The position numbers and the translations under genes were made by a program. This document shows, piece by piece, positions 23,416 to 36,751 of a DNA stretch of 64,000 nt. The notes beneath the pieces are model-generated. The model saw nothing but the letters and a program-made list of their open reading frames with translations. It searched no databases and had not been told where the DNA came from. Numbering within the stretch: the first letter of the stretch is position 1; each line of letters starts with the position of its first letter. Where the stretch lies: NCBI RefSeq assembly GCF_001447785.1, contig NW_015167073.1:308692-372691 (forward strand), read 5' to 3'. Origin of the DNA: Gekko japonicus (Eukaryota).

Positions 23416-25508
23416 ACAAAAACATTGTGCCACTAGGCATGGAATTTCCCATTACTCAGGATGCAGGAAGGAGGGATCAATGAACTGGATCAACTAACTC
23501 CCTTACTCATCAGTAGACCCCAAATCCCATTCTACTAAACCTTTCTCCATTGAAGGAAGACTTAAGCCTTGTGCACACATTGCTGTGAATATTTGTAAGT
23601 CATGTGAGTGTTTACATTTTTATCAGCTTTTTATCTCTGCCAAGGAGCAGGGGGTGATATTTCCCCTCCTCCATTTTATCCTCACAACCACCTTTTCAGA
23701 TAGATCCAGGTGGGTAGCCATGTTGGTCTGAAGCAGAGGCCATTGGGACTTTAATCTGAAGAAGCATGCATGCAGATGAAAGCAAATACCTTGAATAAAA
23801 CTTTGTTGGTCTTCAAGGTGCCACTGGCCCAAGGTCACCCAGTGTGCTTCACAGTCACTTTGGATCCATCAGTCTCACTACTATGCTGCATATCCTTGTA
23901 CATCTGTTTGCAGGAAACAGCCCATGGGTGTTTACTGTAAATATTAAACCCAGAATTGGTACCTTAGGTCAATGTGGAGTTTATGTCACATGTTCAGCCA
24001 TACTTTCATTGAATGTAACGGAAGAATTGCTCAATATGGGTATAAAGGAAAGATCGTGTACACATGCTTTGTATGTACATTCACTTTCGTGTCAGTAGAG
24101 GTCATAAGATCATAAGAAAAGCCCTGCTGGATCAGACCAAAGGCCTGTCAAGTCCCGCAATATGTTCACACAGTGGTCAAACAGCTGCCTCTAGTCCACA
24201 AGAGGGTGACTGCAATAGCTTCCCCTGCCTGTGCTCCCCAGCAACTGAAATAGAGTGGTACTTGAGGGAGTAGAATAGTGGAACAGAGTAGATTAGGGGA
24301 TAAAAGGATCCAAATTGGTAGAAGGGAGATGTCAGATGCAGCCCAATATGAATGGACAACAGTCCCTTGGTATAGATGAGGCTGAAAAGCAGTTAAGGCC
24401 GTTGCAGGATGATGTTGACACTTTATTGCGGTTGAACAGTTCTGACTTGTTTTCTGGATGGAAGAGCAGTCTTTCCTTCTCCTGGCCACACTCACAAGAT
24501 TCAACTGAAAGTTAAAACTGACATTTCTCCCCATCAGTTGCCTACTGCATTCCCATCTGTCCAGGGTTGGGGCCTATGCAATAGGTGAAAAGCCCCCTGG
24601 GCTGGCCCTGAGTCCCGGACACCCCGACTCACTAGGGAAGGGGCGGCTGGAGCAGGAGAGGCCCCGGAGGACACCGGAGGCAGCGGAGAGCCTGGATCAG
24701 TGACCGGAAGCAGCAGCGATGGGGGAAGGGAGGCTGAGGCAACCACCATCTCCTTGGGGAACCCTGCCGCCACTGCTGGAAGTCCCGCAAACCAACAGCC
24801 ACAGACCCAGCCTGACGAGCAGTCGTCTGGTCCAACGAGGGGGAAGGAGGAGGAGTTCAGATGGGTAGTGGGAGGGCCAGAAGGAGTTTTCAGACCTGGG
24901 GAGGAACGACCTGGAGTCTCTTGGCTGCATGGGAGAGTTCTGAGGGGGGGGGGGGGGGGGGGAGAGGGTAAGCCAAACTCCCTTCCCTCCCAGTCTGAGG
25001 CTTCTGGAGCGTCCCCCCAATGCAATGGTCACCATGGCAGAGGGCGGTGTACCCCCAGGCGTGCAGCCTGGGTGTGACACTGTCATATTCTATTTCATCC
25101 ATTCCACCCCCTTTGTGTTCTCTCTTTTTTAAAACAAAAAATCCTTCATTGTCTTTCTTTCACTCATTGTGGCCTGGTTGTGTTCCCTCTGGCCTCGTGT
25201 CAAGAGTCTCCTTTGTGATCTATAACAGGATCGCTGCAGATGTTGGCTGTCCATGCCTTGGTTAAGCTCAGCATGCCTGGCTGATGTTTTCTGTATGTTT
25301 GCTGCCCTTTGTACCAGCAGTGTCTGAATGAAATGATGATGCAGCCATGTTTGGGTTAAAGGACACTTTATCAAACGGCTGATTTGCATCATCACAATTT
25401 GTCTCTAACTTTCAGGGTAGATTGGAATGATGTAAACCCAGAAGCTACCCTCCTTTTGGGTAGCTCCTCTGGTGCTCTCATCCTACCTTGCACATTAACT
25501 GTGCTAAG

Positions 25509-26840
25509 AGATGGATTCTAGGATAGTTAGGTGGATAGGGAACTGGTTGGAGAACCGCACTCAAGGAGCAGTTGTCAATTACATTTCATCTGAATGGAGG
25601 GAGGTGTCCAGCGGGGTGCCACAGGGCTCGGTTCTGGGCCCAGTACTCTTCAATATATTTATAAATGATCTGGATGAGAGTGGGGAGGGGCTACTCATTA
25701 AATTTGCAGATGACACCAAATTGGGAGGAGCAGCAAACACAACAGAAGATAGAGATAGAATTCAACAAGATCTGAACACACTGGAAAAGTGGGTGGATGT
25801 GAATAAGATGCAATAGAAGAAGAAGAAGAGATTGGATTTATACCCTGCCCTTCACTACCCAAAGGTGTCTCAGAGCGGTTTACAAACTCCTTTCCCTTCC
25901 CCTCCCCACAACAGATACCCTGTGAGGTAGGTGGGGCTGAGAGAGCTCTGACAGAAACTGCTCTTTTTCAAGAACAGCTCTTATCAGAACTATGGCTATC
26001 AGAACTATGGCTTGCCCAAGGTCATCCAGCCAAGTGCAAGTGGAGGAGTGGGGAACCAAACCCGGTTCTCCCGGATTAGAGTCCTCGCACGTAACCACTA
26101 CACCAAACCTAACAAGGATAAGTGCCAAGTTCTACATCTGGGTAAAAAAAATGAGGAACATGCATACTGAATAGAAGATACACTTCTGGGTAGCAGTCTG
26201 TGGGAACAAGATCTTGGTGTACGGATGGACCATAAGTTAAATATGAGCACCCAGTGTGATGCAGCAACAAAAAAGGCTAATGCCATCTTGGGGGTGTATC
26301 AACAGAGGCATAACGTCCAAATTGCAAGATGTCAGAGTCCTGCTGTACACTGCATTGGTCAGGCCACACCAAGAGTATTGTGTGTCGTTCTGGAGGCCTC
26401 CCTTCAAAAAGGATGTGGACAGAATGGAGCGGGTGCAGAGGAGAGTGACAGGATGATCAAGGGGCTATGAGGAAAGGCCGAGGGACTTGGTAATGTTCAG
26501 TCTGGAGAAGAGGAGGTTGAGGGGGGACATGATTACTCTCTTAAAGTATTTGAGGGGCTGTCACTTAGAGGAGGGCAGGGAGCTGTTCCTGTTGGCAGCA
26601 GAGGAGAGGACTCGCCATCATTGGCTATTAGGAAAACCTTTTTTACAGACAGAGTTGTGCCACAGTGGAATCAGCTGCCCAGGGAGGTGGTGAGCTCCCC
26701 CTCACCTGCAGTCTTTAAGCAGCGGCTGGACAAATACTTGTCAGAGATGCTCTAGGCTGATCCTGCATTGAGCAGGGGGTTGGACTAGATGGCCTTCCAA
26801 CTCTGTGATTCTATGGCCCTCGTCCAACTCTGTGATTCTA
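25509..26840 (+). mobile_element. CR1 LINE 3' portion, interrupted by a SINE at about 25815-26109
   Basis: SGVPQGSVLGPVLFNIFINDLD...KFADDTKL; LEKRRLRGD; tail CCAACTCTGTGATTCTAT twice. Confidence 0.92.
25815..26109 (-). mobile_element. Squam3-like SINE nested in CR1
   Basis: CR1 coding sequence resumes at about 26110. Confidence 0.85.
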
Positions 26841-27927
26841 TAAATTTTCAGCCCACTCTCTCAACATGCTGCACAGACAAATAAGTGTTTGGTTGATTCT
26901 GCTCAGCACCAACAGTGTTTCCTCTCCAACACTCCCTGCTGTACAGTGGGCTGTTTCAGGAAATGACCTTTAGACTTTGATTAAGCTTACCAATCTCAAG
27001 ATAGCACCTGGAGTTCTCCTAGAATTACAACTACAGACTACAGGGACCAGCTCCTCTGGAAGAAATGGCAACATGAAATGGGAAACTCTATAATATACCA
27101 TAGATTCTAAGTGAATCAGTTGTTCTAGAGTGGCTTCCTATGATTTACTAGGGTTGCTATAGCCATAGTAGGAGACCTCCTGCCAACCTGGTATTTTTCC
27201 CACCTGCACCTGAAGTTACTGCAGGAGAAAATGGTTTTGGGTGTTGGTTTTTTTTTGAGAAATCAGGGTTCAGGCTGGCACAATGTCAGTTCTTGTGAAA
27301 AAGTGGTGATGCCATGGGATGCTCTAGGTAGGATTTATAAAAACTCTATAGTTTTCCCGTATCCTAGAATGGCCCATGATATTACTTCCTGTTTTCACAG
27401 GAAGTGATAGCGGTGTATCTCTCACAACATGGCCATCCCATGGGAGATGCCCCTTGAAAGATTCTAAGCCAAGGTGTATCTGTGCATTTCTTTTTTTTCC
27501 CCAAAGGGAAGAAATTCCGACTGGCTTATTTGTTTTAGCAAATTGACACCAATATTTCTTAGTACAAAGCATGTTAAAAAGAAATCAGGCAAAGTATAGT
27601 ATGTGGGACAAAAATGAAACATATTTGTGGTAATGATAGATATTTGAGGACAATTTCCTAGCAAAGTGTGGAGGGATTTTGCACCAACATTTGAAAGCTA
27701 TTTCAATAATAGCTACAGCCTATTAAAATAAATGCTTATGACACCCTGGCGCTCTGTGCATTTCTGAAGACAGCACCAACTCAAAGACCAGTGACTGGAC
27801 GTCAAGGCTGAAGACAAGATCTCTGATGTCCAAACCCAACATGGAAGTCTCCCTGGGTTAAAATTCAAAGTAGGTAGTATCCTTAATGACCCCCCCCCCA
27901 ACAACCTCTGACCTGTCAAGCATCGCA

Positions 27928-28872
27928 TCAGTATTTTTGTTCAAAATCTGTTTTTCGCAGCGTCTTCTTCACTGCCCTATGAATGTCCTTGTTCCTCAAA
28001 GTGTAAATGATGGGGTTCAGGAGAGGGGTGATCACAATATAAAAGACAGCTGTTTTCTTATCCTGATCAGGGGCGGAGACTGATTGGGGCCTCATGTACA
28101 TGGAAATGATGGTCCCATAGAACATGGTGACGACTGCCAAGTGGGAGGCGCAGGTGGAGAAAGCCTTGTGCCGTCCGGAGGTAGACTGCATTCGTAACAC
28201 AGAGGATAGAATGAGTCCATAAGAAGTCAGGATAATAGACAGGGGGGGCAGCAGGGCCAGCATGGCCGTCACAAAAAGGATGGCTTCTGCGACACGAGTG
28301 TCACCACAAGCAAGTTTCATCACCACCGGAAGTTCACAGAAGAAGTGGTTGACATGTTTGGGGCCGCAGAAGGAGAAGCACAGTGTGCACAGCACATTTA
28401 CCACAGTGAGGATAACAGGAATTCCCCAGGAGACTGAAGCAAGCTGCAGTAGACGCCACCTGCCCATGAGAATGGCATATGTTAGTGGATGGCAGATGGC
28501 CAGGTAGCGGTCATAGGCCATGACACCCAACAGGAAGCATTCGGAACAACCCAGGAAGAGGGAAATGTACATCTGGAGCATGCAGCGGGTGAAGGAGATG
28601 GCTCCATTTCCGGACAGCAGGTGAGCCAGCATCTGGGGCATGGTGCTGGTGACGTAACAGACCTCCAGACCCGAGAGATGCGTCAAGAAGAAGTACATGG
28701 GGGTGTGGAGGTGGGAGTTTGTCAGCACCAGGATGATGATCAGCAGGTTCCCCACAAGAGTCAGTGAGTATATGAGAAGGAATACAGAAAAGAGAAGCAG
28801 TTGGGTCTTCCGGTGACTGGTGAGTCCCAGCAAGATGAATTCCGTCACAGATGTGAGGTTCTTAGCTCCCAT
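27928..28872 (-). CDS. Olfactory receptor (class II), OR-2, 314 aa, intact
   Basis: All canonical OR motifs (LHTPMYFFL, MAYDRYLAIC, KAFSTCASHL, PLLNPIIYTLRN). Confidence 0.97.
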   Translation of the reverse strand: MGAKNLTSVTEFILLGLTSHRKTQLLLFSVFLLIYSLTLVGNLLIIILVLTNSHLHTPMYFFLTHLSGLEVCYVTSTMPQMLAHLLSGNGAISFTRCMLQMYISLFLGCSECFLLGVMAYDRYLAICHPLTYAILMGRWRLLQLASVSWGIPVILTVVNVLCTLCFSFCGPKHVNHFFCELPVVMKLACGDTRVAEAILFVTAMLALLPPLSIILTSYGLILSSVLRMQSTSGRHKAFSTCASHLAVVTMFYGTIISMYMRPQSVSAPDQDKKTAVFYIVITPLLNPIIYTLRNKDIHRAVKKTLRKTDFEQKY

Positions 28873-30476
28873 TCTGGTGTTCCGCCTGCATTGAAAATGT
28901 AGGAGACTGTGACATTCTTTGGAAATGGGACAGCTTTAGAGCAAGCTGTATTTTACTCCCTAAAACATAGGAACTTGAAAAGAAAAAAAAAACCCTCACC
29001 AAACTCACCATTACGCTCCAGATCCAGTCACTACCAGAACTCTCTAGTTGGTTCTTAAAAGTTCCCTTACCAGATTCAGTCTCTCTCAAAAGTCCTTAAT
29101 TGGGAGGGATTCCTCTATTTGACCCTCATGTCTTAAAACAGTCCTCATTCTCTCTGGAAAGTTTCTTATTTTCAGCATGGCCCAGTGCCGGTTTAATTAC
29201 AAATGAAAACCTTTTGAAAATGGGAATGAACATGCCCTCCCCCCTGCTTTAGAACAAGAAAAACAGACTTTTTAAAAGAAATGAAATATTTGCTGTGAAG
29301 AAATGCCCATTTCCCTGGGGTTCATATCAGAGTTGCAATGATTGGTTCTGCACTCTTTACATGCTCAAAGTACCTTTCTATAGGTTAACAGCTAGAAATG
29401 GGAAAGCTACAGGGGACTGAGTTATCTCATAGGTACAGAGCAATTCAGGGATGTCAATACGCAGGTGGCTTCAGCTATCACCTCTGATGGAGAGCCTCAC
29501 AAGAGGTGGGCCAGGCAAGAGGTTTTAAAATCACTGGGGAATTTCACATTACCCAGTTTCACCCGGTTTCAAGCCGGTAATGATCCGTTTTGAAGTGAAC
29601 CGGTATAGGGCTGCTATTTCACACATGGCTTTCCCCTTCCGGTAAGGAGCTGGAGCTGAAGCGGTTCGCCATTTCAGACTGCACCACTTTTCCCCGCTTT
29701 CCCCCCACCATTTTTTGCCCGTGCGGGGGATCTCCAGCTTTTTTTAAAAAATGTTCGCTTTATAACGCTACTAGCAGTAAAGCCCGTTGTGAAAACAATA
29801 CAACGAGATCTAGAAAGAGGCTCTGGGAGAGTGCTCTGGCTTTGGGCAAACAGTGTCAATTTGCTGTGGTGACCTCAGCAGGGTATAATGACAGAGTCCA
29901 CTGTTTTCTCCAGAGGAACTGATCTCTGCTACCTGAAGAGCAGTTGTAATTGTGAGTGATCTGTAGCCCTCACCTGGAGATTGGCAGCAATTGTTACCCA
30001 GGACAAAATGGCTGGTTTGGAGGGTGGAGTTGGCAACCCCATCTCCTTCCCAGCTAACCATCAACCTACCATTATCTGCCCCTTTGACTTCAGCTGACTT
30101 CTGCCCTCCCTTCTGCAGAGCAGTTGTAATTCTGAGTGCTCTCCCGCCCTCACCTGGAGATTGGCAACAATGGTTCCCTATGTGGGACTGATTGGTTTGG
30201 TGGGTGGAGTCTATGGCATTGTGCCTGTCTGAGGTCCCACCCCTCCTCAAACCTCACCCTCTTCAGGCTCCATCCCTCAAATCTCCAGGAATTTCCCATC
30301 TGGAGTTGGCAACCCAATCAGGACTGGCCCCAATGTGTTTTTTCCCAAAAGCCAAAGTAGGTGACAGGACCAAGCTTAGTTGCCTACCAACAGGCACTGA
30401 GGGGAATGTAGGGTTGCCAGCTCTAAGGAGGGAAATACCTGGAGATTTGGGGGGTGGATTCTGTAGAGGGCAACAT

Positions 30477-31096
30477 NNNNNNNNNNNNNNNNNNNNNNNN
30501 NNNNNNNNNNNNNNNNNNNNNNNNNNNNNNNNNNNNNNNNNNNNNNNNNNNNNNNNNNNNNNNNNNNNNNNNNNNNNNNNNNNNNNNNNNNNNNNNNNNN
30601 NNNNNNNNNNNNNNNNNNNNNNNNNNNNNNNNNNNNNNNNNNNNNNNNNNNNNNNNNNNNNNNNNNNNNNNNNNNNNNNNNNNNNNNNNNNNNNNNNNNN
30701 NNNNNNNNNNNNNNNNNNNNNNNNNNNNNNNNNNNNNNNNNNNNNNNNNNNNNNNNNNNNNNNNNNNNNNNNNNNNNNNNNNNNNNNNNNNNNNNNNNNN
30801 NNNNNNNNNNNNNNNNNNNNNNNNNNNNNNNNNNNNNNNNNNNNNNNNNNNNNNNNNNNNNNNNNNNNNNNNNNNNNNNNNNNNNNNNNNNNNNNNNNNN
30901 NNNNNNNNNNNNNNNNNNNNNNNNNNNNNNNNNNNNNNNNNNNNNNNNNNNNNNNNNNNNNNNNNNNNNNNNNNNNNNNNNNNNNNNNNNNNNNNNNNNN
31001 NNNNNNNNNNNNNNNNNNNNNNNNNNNNNNNNNNNNNNNNNNNNNNNNNNNNNNNNNNNNNNNNNNNNNNNNNNNNNNNNNNNNNNNNNNNNNNNN
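30477..31096. other. Assembly gap (N run)
   Basis: 620 N. Confidence 1.
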
Positions 31097-31786
31097 CCAC
31101 AGCCTCTGCCTAGGGAAAGGGCAGCTGACATCATTATCCTCTCCCCTATGAGGTATGTTATGCAACTGAAAATTCCAACTGCCTTGCGGGCGGGGGGAGT
31201 TTGAGGTGTGGAATGGAGTGAAGTCCAATCAGCTTCCACATGCAAAAGACCTTGAAACGCTGGGCGGGACTGCACAAAGCAGCCAGTAAACCCAGGCAGC
31301 GTCTTCTGAGTGGCAGTTCTTCCGGCCAAACACTAAAGGGGCCAAATTTAGAATGTTCACTACTCAATTATATATAAGGAGAGATAGTGCTATAAAGCAA
31401 ATGTTCAAAAGGGAAAAAAAACTGGAGATCGCCCGCGCAGGCGAAAAACGGTGGGAAAAAGCGCATCGGAACCGGGAGAGGAAACCGAGGAGTACTTGGA
31501 AGTGGTTGACAGGTAAAACGCTTCAGCCCCGTTTCCTAAACGGGACAGAAGCGATTGTGTATGAAATGACAAATATATTCCGGAAGGGAACCGGTTCTCA
31601 AACGGTTCTGTCTGAAATGACAGACCAGAAACAGTTTGGGAACTGTTCCTCTTCCGGAATATATTGCCTGTCTGAAATTCCACTGTGAACACCACGAGGA
31701 AGGGCCTTCGGCAGTTTTGTCTGAAGCCATGATGACTAAGCTATTCTTTTTTACACCTAAACTCCATCTAGAGCCCATGGTGCCAA

Positions 31787-32078
31787 GAGAGGAAGTTTGG
31801 TGTAGTGGTTAAGTGCGCGGACTCTAATCTGGGAGAACGGGGTTTGATTCCCCACTCCTCCACTTGCACCTGGCTGGATGACCTTGGGCAAGCCGTAACT
31901 CTGGCACAACTGTTCTTGAAAAAGAGCAGTTTCTGTCAAGAGCTCTCTCAGCCCCACCTACCTCACAGGGTGCCTGTTGTGGGGAGGGGAAGGGGAAGGA
32001 ATTTGTAAGCCGCTCTGAGACACCTTTGGGTAGTGAAGGGCGGGGTATAAATCCAATCTCTTCTCTTCTTCTTCTTCT
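31787..32078 (+). mobile_element. Squam3-like SINE
   Basis: Full copy, (CTT)n tail. Confidence 0.85.
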
Positions 32079-32264
32079 GAAGACTGCAAATGGAGGAAGA
32101 CCCCACACAAAGGAATTAAGGCAATGAACTACTTCTACTTACATCTCCAAGAATAAATAGCCTCCCTTTCAGGGTATGTAGAGAGGTTAGGGAAAGAGGG
32201 TACCTGGTTTTATTGCTTTCCTCTGGATTTTTGCTCAGTTGGCTGTGATAACAAAAGGTTCCGA

Positions 32265-32395
32265 TGTATCTGAAGAAGTGTGCCTGCACACAAAAGCTTA
32301 TACCCAGAATTAAACTTTGTTGGTCTTAAAGGTGCCACCGGACTCAAACTTTGTTCTATTGCTTCAGACCAATACATCTACCCACTGGAATCTAC
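32265..32395. mobile_element. Penelope-like terminal fragment (related pieces at 23700-23825 and 9845-9932)
   Basis: CTGAAGAAGTG..CACAAAAGCTTATACC..TTGTTGGTCTTAAAGGTGC recurs in the window. Confidence 0.55.
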
Positions 32396-32781
32396 CCAAA
32401 GCTATCTGTGTTTTTCATTTCACTAAAACATTTCCTTTTATTCTGAAGGCTGTACTTTGAGCTCCATGAACCACAATTTGCCTCGCTGGATTATGTTTAC
32501 CCAGAAGAATACCCAGTTTGAGATCCCCATCATTCATATTTCTAGCGATATTAGTGAATCTTGGTTTATTTAATATCTTCTCAAAGCACACCACCACCAA
32601 TATCAATATCAAGAAAAGTCTCATAGAAATACATAGTCTGTTGGCAGCATGTGGAAAAAACGTAACGGAGGCACTTAGCCACATCAGCAAAGACTCTAGC
32701 AGTGCAGTCGTCATAACTATTTAAAATTGCTCATGATACCCAGGCGAATGAAACAAAGAGACAGTTGGAGGAAAAGACTTG

Positions 32782-33845
32782 GGCTGTGGTCACACGCGGC
32801 AGTTGAAGTGGTGGGGAAGCGAGGCGATTCCCTCCGGAGGAATTTGACACGCAGCTGCGAGATCCCACCTCCTTTTGTAGCGACGGGTGCAGCCCGCCAC
32901 TGTGTGATCACACGCTACTGCAGGTGAGTTGGGGTTTTTTTTTTGACCCTTTGTTTCCCATGCGCATAAACAAGGAATTGCACCTCTGCCCTGAGGGCCC
33001 CCTATGGAGTATGTGATGATGCACATACTGTGAAGGGGGGGGGAAATGGCACCAAGCCAAGATGGCCTGATCAGACCATCCAGGGAGCGGTGGCGCAGGG
33101 GATTTCCCCCCGCTTAACAATAACATCTGAACTGCCATGCTTTGGCAGTTCTATCCCCATGCTGGTGTGAGCAACCAAGCCTTGTCCTAGCTCATCGTCT
33201 ACACAGCGATTCGAAAGTAGATAAATTGGGGACCACCCATAAGGGGGTGGGTACACCACTCCCTTCGGGAAGGTGTTAGCTGCCAAGGGCGACTTCTGAG
33301 GCATGGCGACCGGAAAGATGAAAGAGCTGTGTCGGCTTCCCTGCAGTGGAGCGAGTCGGCCAGGTGGTGGCAGTCTGGCTGCACAACATCAAGAAGCCAG
33401 CTGACAAGATGCTGTTGGAACATGACTGACCCAGCCCACAGATGAAGCCCGGCTAGCTGCAATGTGTGTGTAATTAAAAATGCTGTATGTTGTCTTCCCT
33501 ATCCCCACAAATATTGTTAGTCCAGTTGTCTAAGAGTAACTGTAAATCGCTCTGAGCCCGCAAGTGTGTGGGAAAGAGCGATCAATAAATCAAAAGCATT
33601 ATTATTGTTGTTGTTGTTGTTGTTGTAATTGAGTGATCAGACAGGGGAAAGTCTGTCTGTGGTCCATCGGAACCCATTTACCACCAGACTTTCCCCGGTG
33701 TCTTTTAACTCCGCTTCTGTGGCAGAGCAGCATGGGTTCCCAAAAACAGCGAAACACTTCCCAGATGTTGCTGTCTGATAGCTCCCTTTAAGTCCACCTG
33801 GCATTCATGCCTGTGTTGGATCTAAAGGTGCGTGTGACCGCAGCC
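32782..33845. mobile_element. Non-autonomous DNA transposon, PIF/Harbinger-like, carrying a SINE
   Basis: TIR GGCTGTGGTCACACGC / GCGTGTGACCGCAGCC; flanks TTG and TTA. Confidence 0.6.
33085..33625 (+). mobile_element. SINE with a Sauria-like head and an L2-like tail, nested in a MITE
   Basis: AGCGGTGGCGCAG head, GCGATTCGAAAGTAGATAAA, GTAAATCGCTCTGAG..AATAAAT, (TTA/TTG)n tail. Confidence 0.65.
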
Positions 33846-33975
33846 TTAATTAAACTTCACAAACACAGTGACAACCAAACGCGGAGCTGCAAAAAGTGCA
33901 GGATGTGGTAAACGATCTTTGTTCTTTAAAATGTGGGTTCCAAGGAATAACTAAACAAAAATGAGCTACCATGGG

Positions 33976-34469
33976 CAATATGGAGCTTTGTGGAGCCTTG
34001 TGAGCAAAAATTCTACTTTGTGAGCTACTGGCATTAAAGTTGTGAGCGAGGGATTCGGCGATGGCATACATTAGTTTGCTCTGGAGCCACCCTTCCTGAG
34101 CTAAGACAATAATGTGTGAGCCGGAGGCAAAAAAAACCCTGTGAGCTAGCTCACACTAACTCATCTTAGAAGAAGAAGAAGAGGAGGAGGAGATTGGATT
34201 TATACCCCGATCTTCACTTGGAGTCTCAGAGCGGCTTACAAACTCCTTTCCCTTCCCCCTTCCCACAACAGACACCCTGTGAGGTGGGTGGGGCTGAGAG
34301 AGCTCTGACACAAACTGCTCTTTTTCAAGGACAGCTGTGCCAGAGCTTGTGACTGACCCAAGGTCACATCAGCAGGTGCAAGTGGAGGAGTGGGGGATCA
34401 AACCCGGTTCTCCCAGATTAGAGTCCACACACTTAACCACTACACCAAGCAAACTTAGAGGGAACACTG
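33976..34469. mobile_element. hAT MITE (same family) with a nested SINE
   Basis: Perfect 8-bp TSD ACCATGGG. Confidence 0.8.
34169..34448 (-). mobile_element. Squam3-like SINE nested in a hAT MITE
   Basis: Full copy inside 33976-34469. Confidence 0.85.
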
Positions 34470-35014
34470 ACCATGGGTTAAGAAGAGTTGACCAAGGGGC
34501 AAAGGGAGGATAAAATCATATTGGCATCTAAAAGTATTTACTAGCCATGAGGAATATCTAGACTCAGTCCAAATCCACCCACCAGATTTGAGGGATCTAT
34601 TTTGCAGCCCTAACTATTTTTGTTGCTTTAAAATGGATTAAACCCCCTGACAATTACTGTAACCATGGTTTAGTTAAATCTGCCTCCTTATAGCCCCGGT
34701 TCAATATTATCTTAACAGAGCGTCCCATAGGATCCCCGTGTTCACCTTTGCAAATGTTTACTTGTAATGCATCTTAGAGAATGTACAAGATCATAGTTTG
34801 GCATGTGACTTCCAATGGGGGTGGGAAGATAAGAGTCAAAGGGTCCAGCTAGGCATAGTGACTGCCAGTGACTGGTGCTTTTTCATCCAAGTTGCTGACT
34901 TATAATAAGAGACAGCCCGCGGTGTTTAAATTTTGCCCTTTCCCATCTGTCTTTAGTCAAAGGAATACTTCTCCACCAGCTGCTTCAGTGCAATATGGTA
35001 AAACACTGAAGGAA

Positions 35015-35155
35015 CTATGGTGTCGAAGGCTTTCGCGACCGGAGTTCATTAGCTGTTGTAGATTTTCCGGGTTGTCTGGCCGTGGTCTTGGCATTGTAGG
35101 ACCTGACGTTTCGCCAGTAGCTGCGACTGGCATCCTCAGAGGTATAAACACAGAA
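35015..35155. mobile_element. Penelope-like element fragment
   Basis: TGTCGAAGGCTTTC...CCTGACGTTTCGCC...GGCATCCTCAGAGG resembles squamate Penelope termini. Confidence 0.6.
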
Positions 35156-35870
35156 GGACGGAACTCTTTCTTTGCTATGATGGTTGACAACACGGAGCCC
35201 CAATTCAGATGGGGACCAACGTACAGGGAAGGGAGCTTTCATACAGTTTTCATAGCCTAAAATGGAGCTAGCATTTGTCCTGCTGGGTCCTGGTAAAGAG
35301 CGAGTTAAAGGCCTTTGTGTCTCCCCCAAAGGCACCATGGAGCCATTTAATTTGGGGTTATTGGCATGTGGGAGAGACCTTCTACATGCCAAGCAAATGC
35401 TCTGCCACTGAGCTATAGTCCCCTTCTCTGCCTCCCCAACCAACACTGTGCACGGCCAACTTCTGCCGCTAACCAGGAAAAAAAAAATCTGGGTTGGATC
35501 CTCCTAGCTTTTCTGCTCACTTGTCCAATTCTCCTGCCCATTGCAGACCCATCCTTCTTAGTTTTATACTAGTAGGCCGCACAGTCCCTTCCACAGTCTT
35601 TTTAGGTGGCCAAAGAGGACTCTCCTTTCTCCTTCACCAGTGGAAAATCTGATAGGATCCGACCCATGGTTTCCTGACCTCAGTTCTAAACCATAATTAT
35701 TATATCTGGATTAGACTGTGGTAAGAAGATTTCCATAATGCAGAATCCTCATTTCTACATGCCCTTAGATATGTTGCAGAAGTTAAGGAAACAGAAGTAC
35801 CTCTAGCCCCCAAAATACAAGCTAAAATAACAAGGTGTGTGCAATGTGAATTCTGGACTGTAGAATATAA

Positions 35871-36047
35871 GCTTACCTTCAGGTATCTCCCCAGGTGTTC
35901 TTCAACAACCAAGAAAGAGTCTCTCATCTCACAGCAGTGAGGTGTCCAGCAGTGGAGTGAATTTCAGTCCAGTTTCACAGGCAAGATGTTGAGAAATTGA
36001 AAAGATAGTCACTGCTCGGTCAGTGACCAGGGCCGAACATGCAGCAC
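35871..36047 (-). other. Candidate OR-2 5' non-coding exon
   Basis: Donor GAAG|GTAAGC (exon end 35877), homologous to the OR-1 donor; possible acceptor tctttgcaacag at 36048. Confidence 0.45.
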
Positions 36048-36467
36048 CTGTTGCAAAGAGGTTATTGACAGAGAGATTCTCTGTTTTTCTGAAATCAGAA
36101 GGCTACTGTGGTAGATCTCAGAAGGCAGATGTCTTGTGTCTCTGATACAGCAGCAGAAATCAAATAGAATTGCTTGGCTGTAAAATGGGGGTGTGTGTCT
36201 GAAGAACATGCACACGTATGCCAAATAGGGGAGATGGTTCTACTACTGACTAGGAATGTGCTGCTTAGCTTGCTACTATTGTCCATCAGAATCTCCATTC
36301 CAAGATAGAAGGAACACGCCCAGCTATTCCAAGGTGGTCCATCTTAAGTGTTACTGTAGATTATACTGTCAGCCCAATGGTCCTTCTAGCAAGGCATTGT
36401 CTCACTTGGCTGGCTGGCAGCAGCTACCTGAGGTCTATAATAGAGTCTGTTGATGGCTTGCTACTTT

Positions 36468-36751
36468 AGCCAGTTTGGTGTATTGGTTAAGTACGCGGAC
36501 TCTAATCTGGGAGAACCGGGTTTGATTCCCCACTCCTCCACTTGCACCTGGCTGAATGACCTTGGGCAAGCCATAACTCTGGCACAGCTGTTCTTGAAAA
36601 AGAGCAGTTTCTGTCAAGAGCTCTCTCAGCCCCACCTACCTCACAGGGTGTCTGTTGCGGGGAGGGGAAGGGAAAGGAGTTTGTAAGCCGCTCTGAGACA
36701 CCTTTGGGTAGTGAAGGGTGGGGTATAAATCCAATCTCTTCTTCTTCTTCT
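36468..36751 (+). mobile_element. Squam3-like SINE
   Basis: Full copy, near-identical to 31787-32078. Confidence 0.85.

Noticed and set aside
24534-25086. Pro/Gly-rich ORFs or a complete LTR
   Set aside because: Low-complexity GC-rich frames with no domain. It ends in TGTGACA like an LTR terminus, but I could not find a matching left end or TSD.
30192-31329. Long ORFs of 219-321 aa
   Set aside because: Artefacts of the N run 30477-31096; the same applies to ORFs over the gaps at 54034-54677 and 61675-61806.
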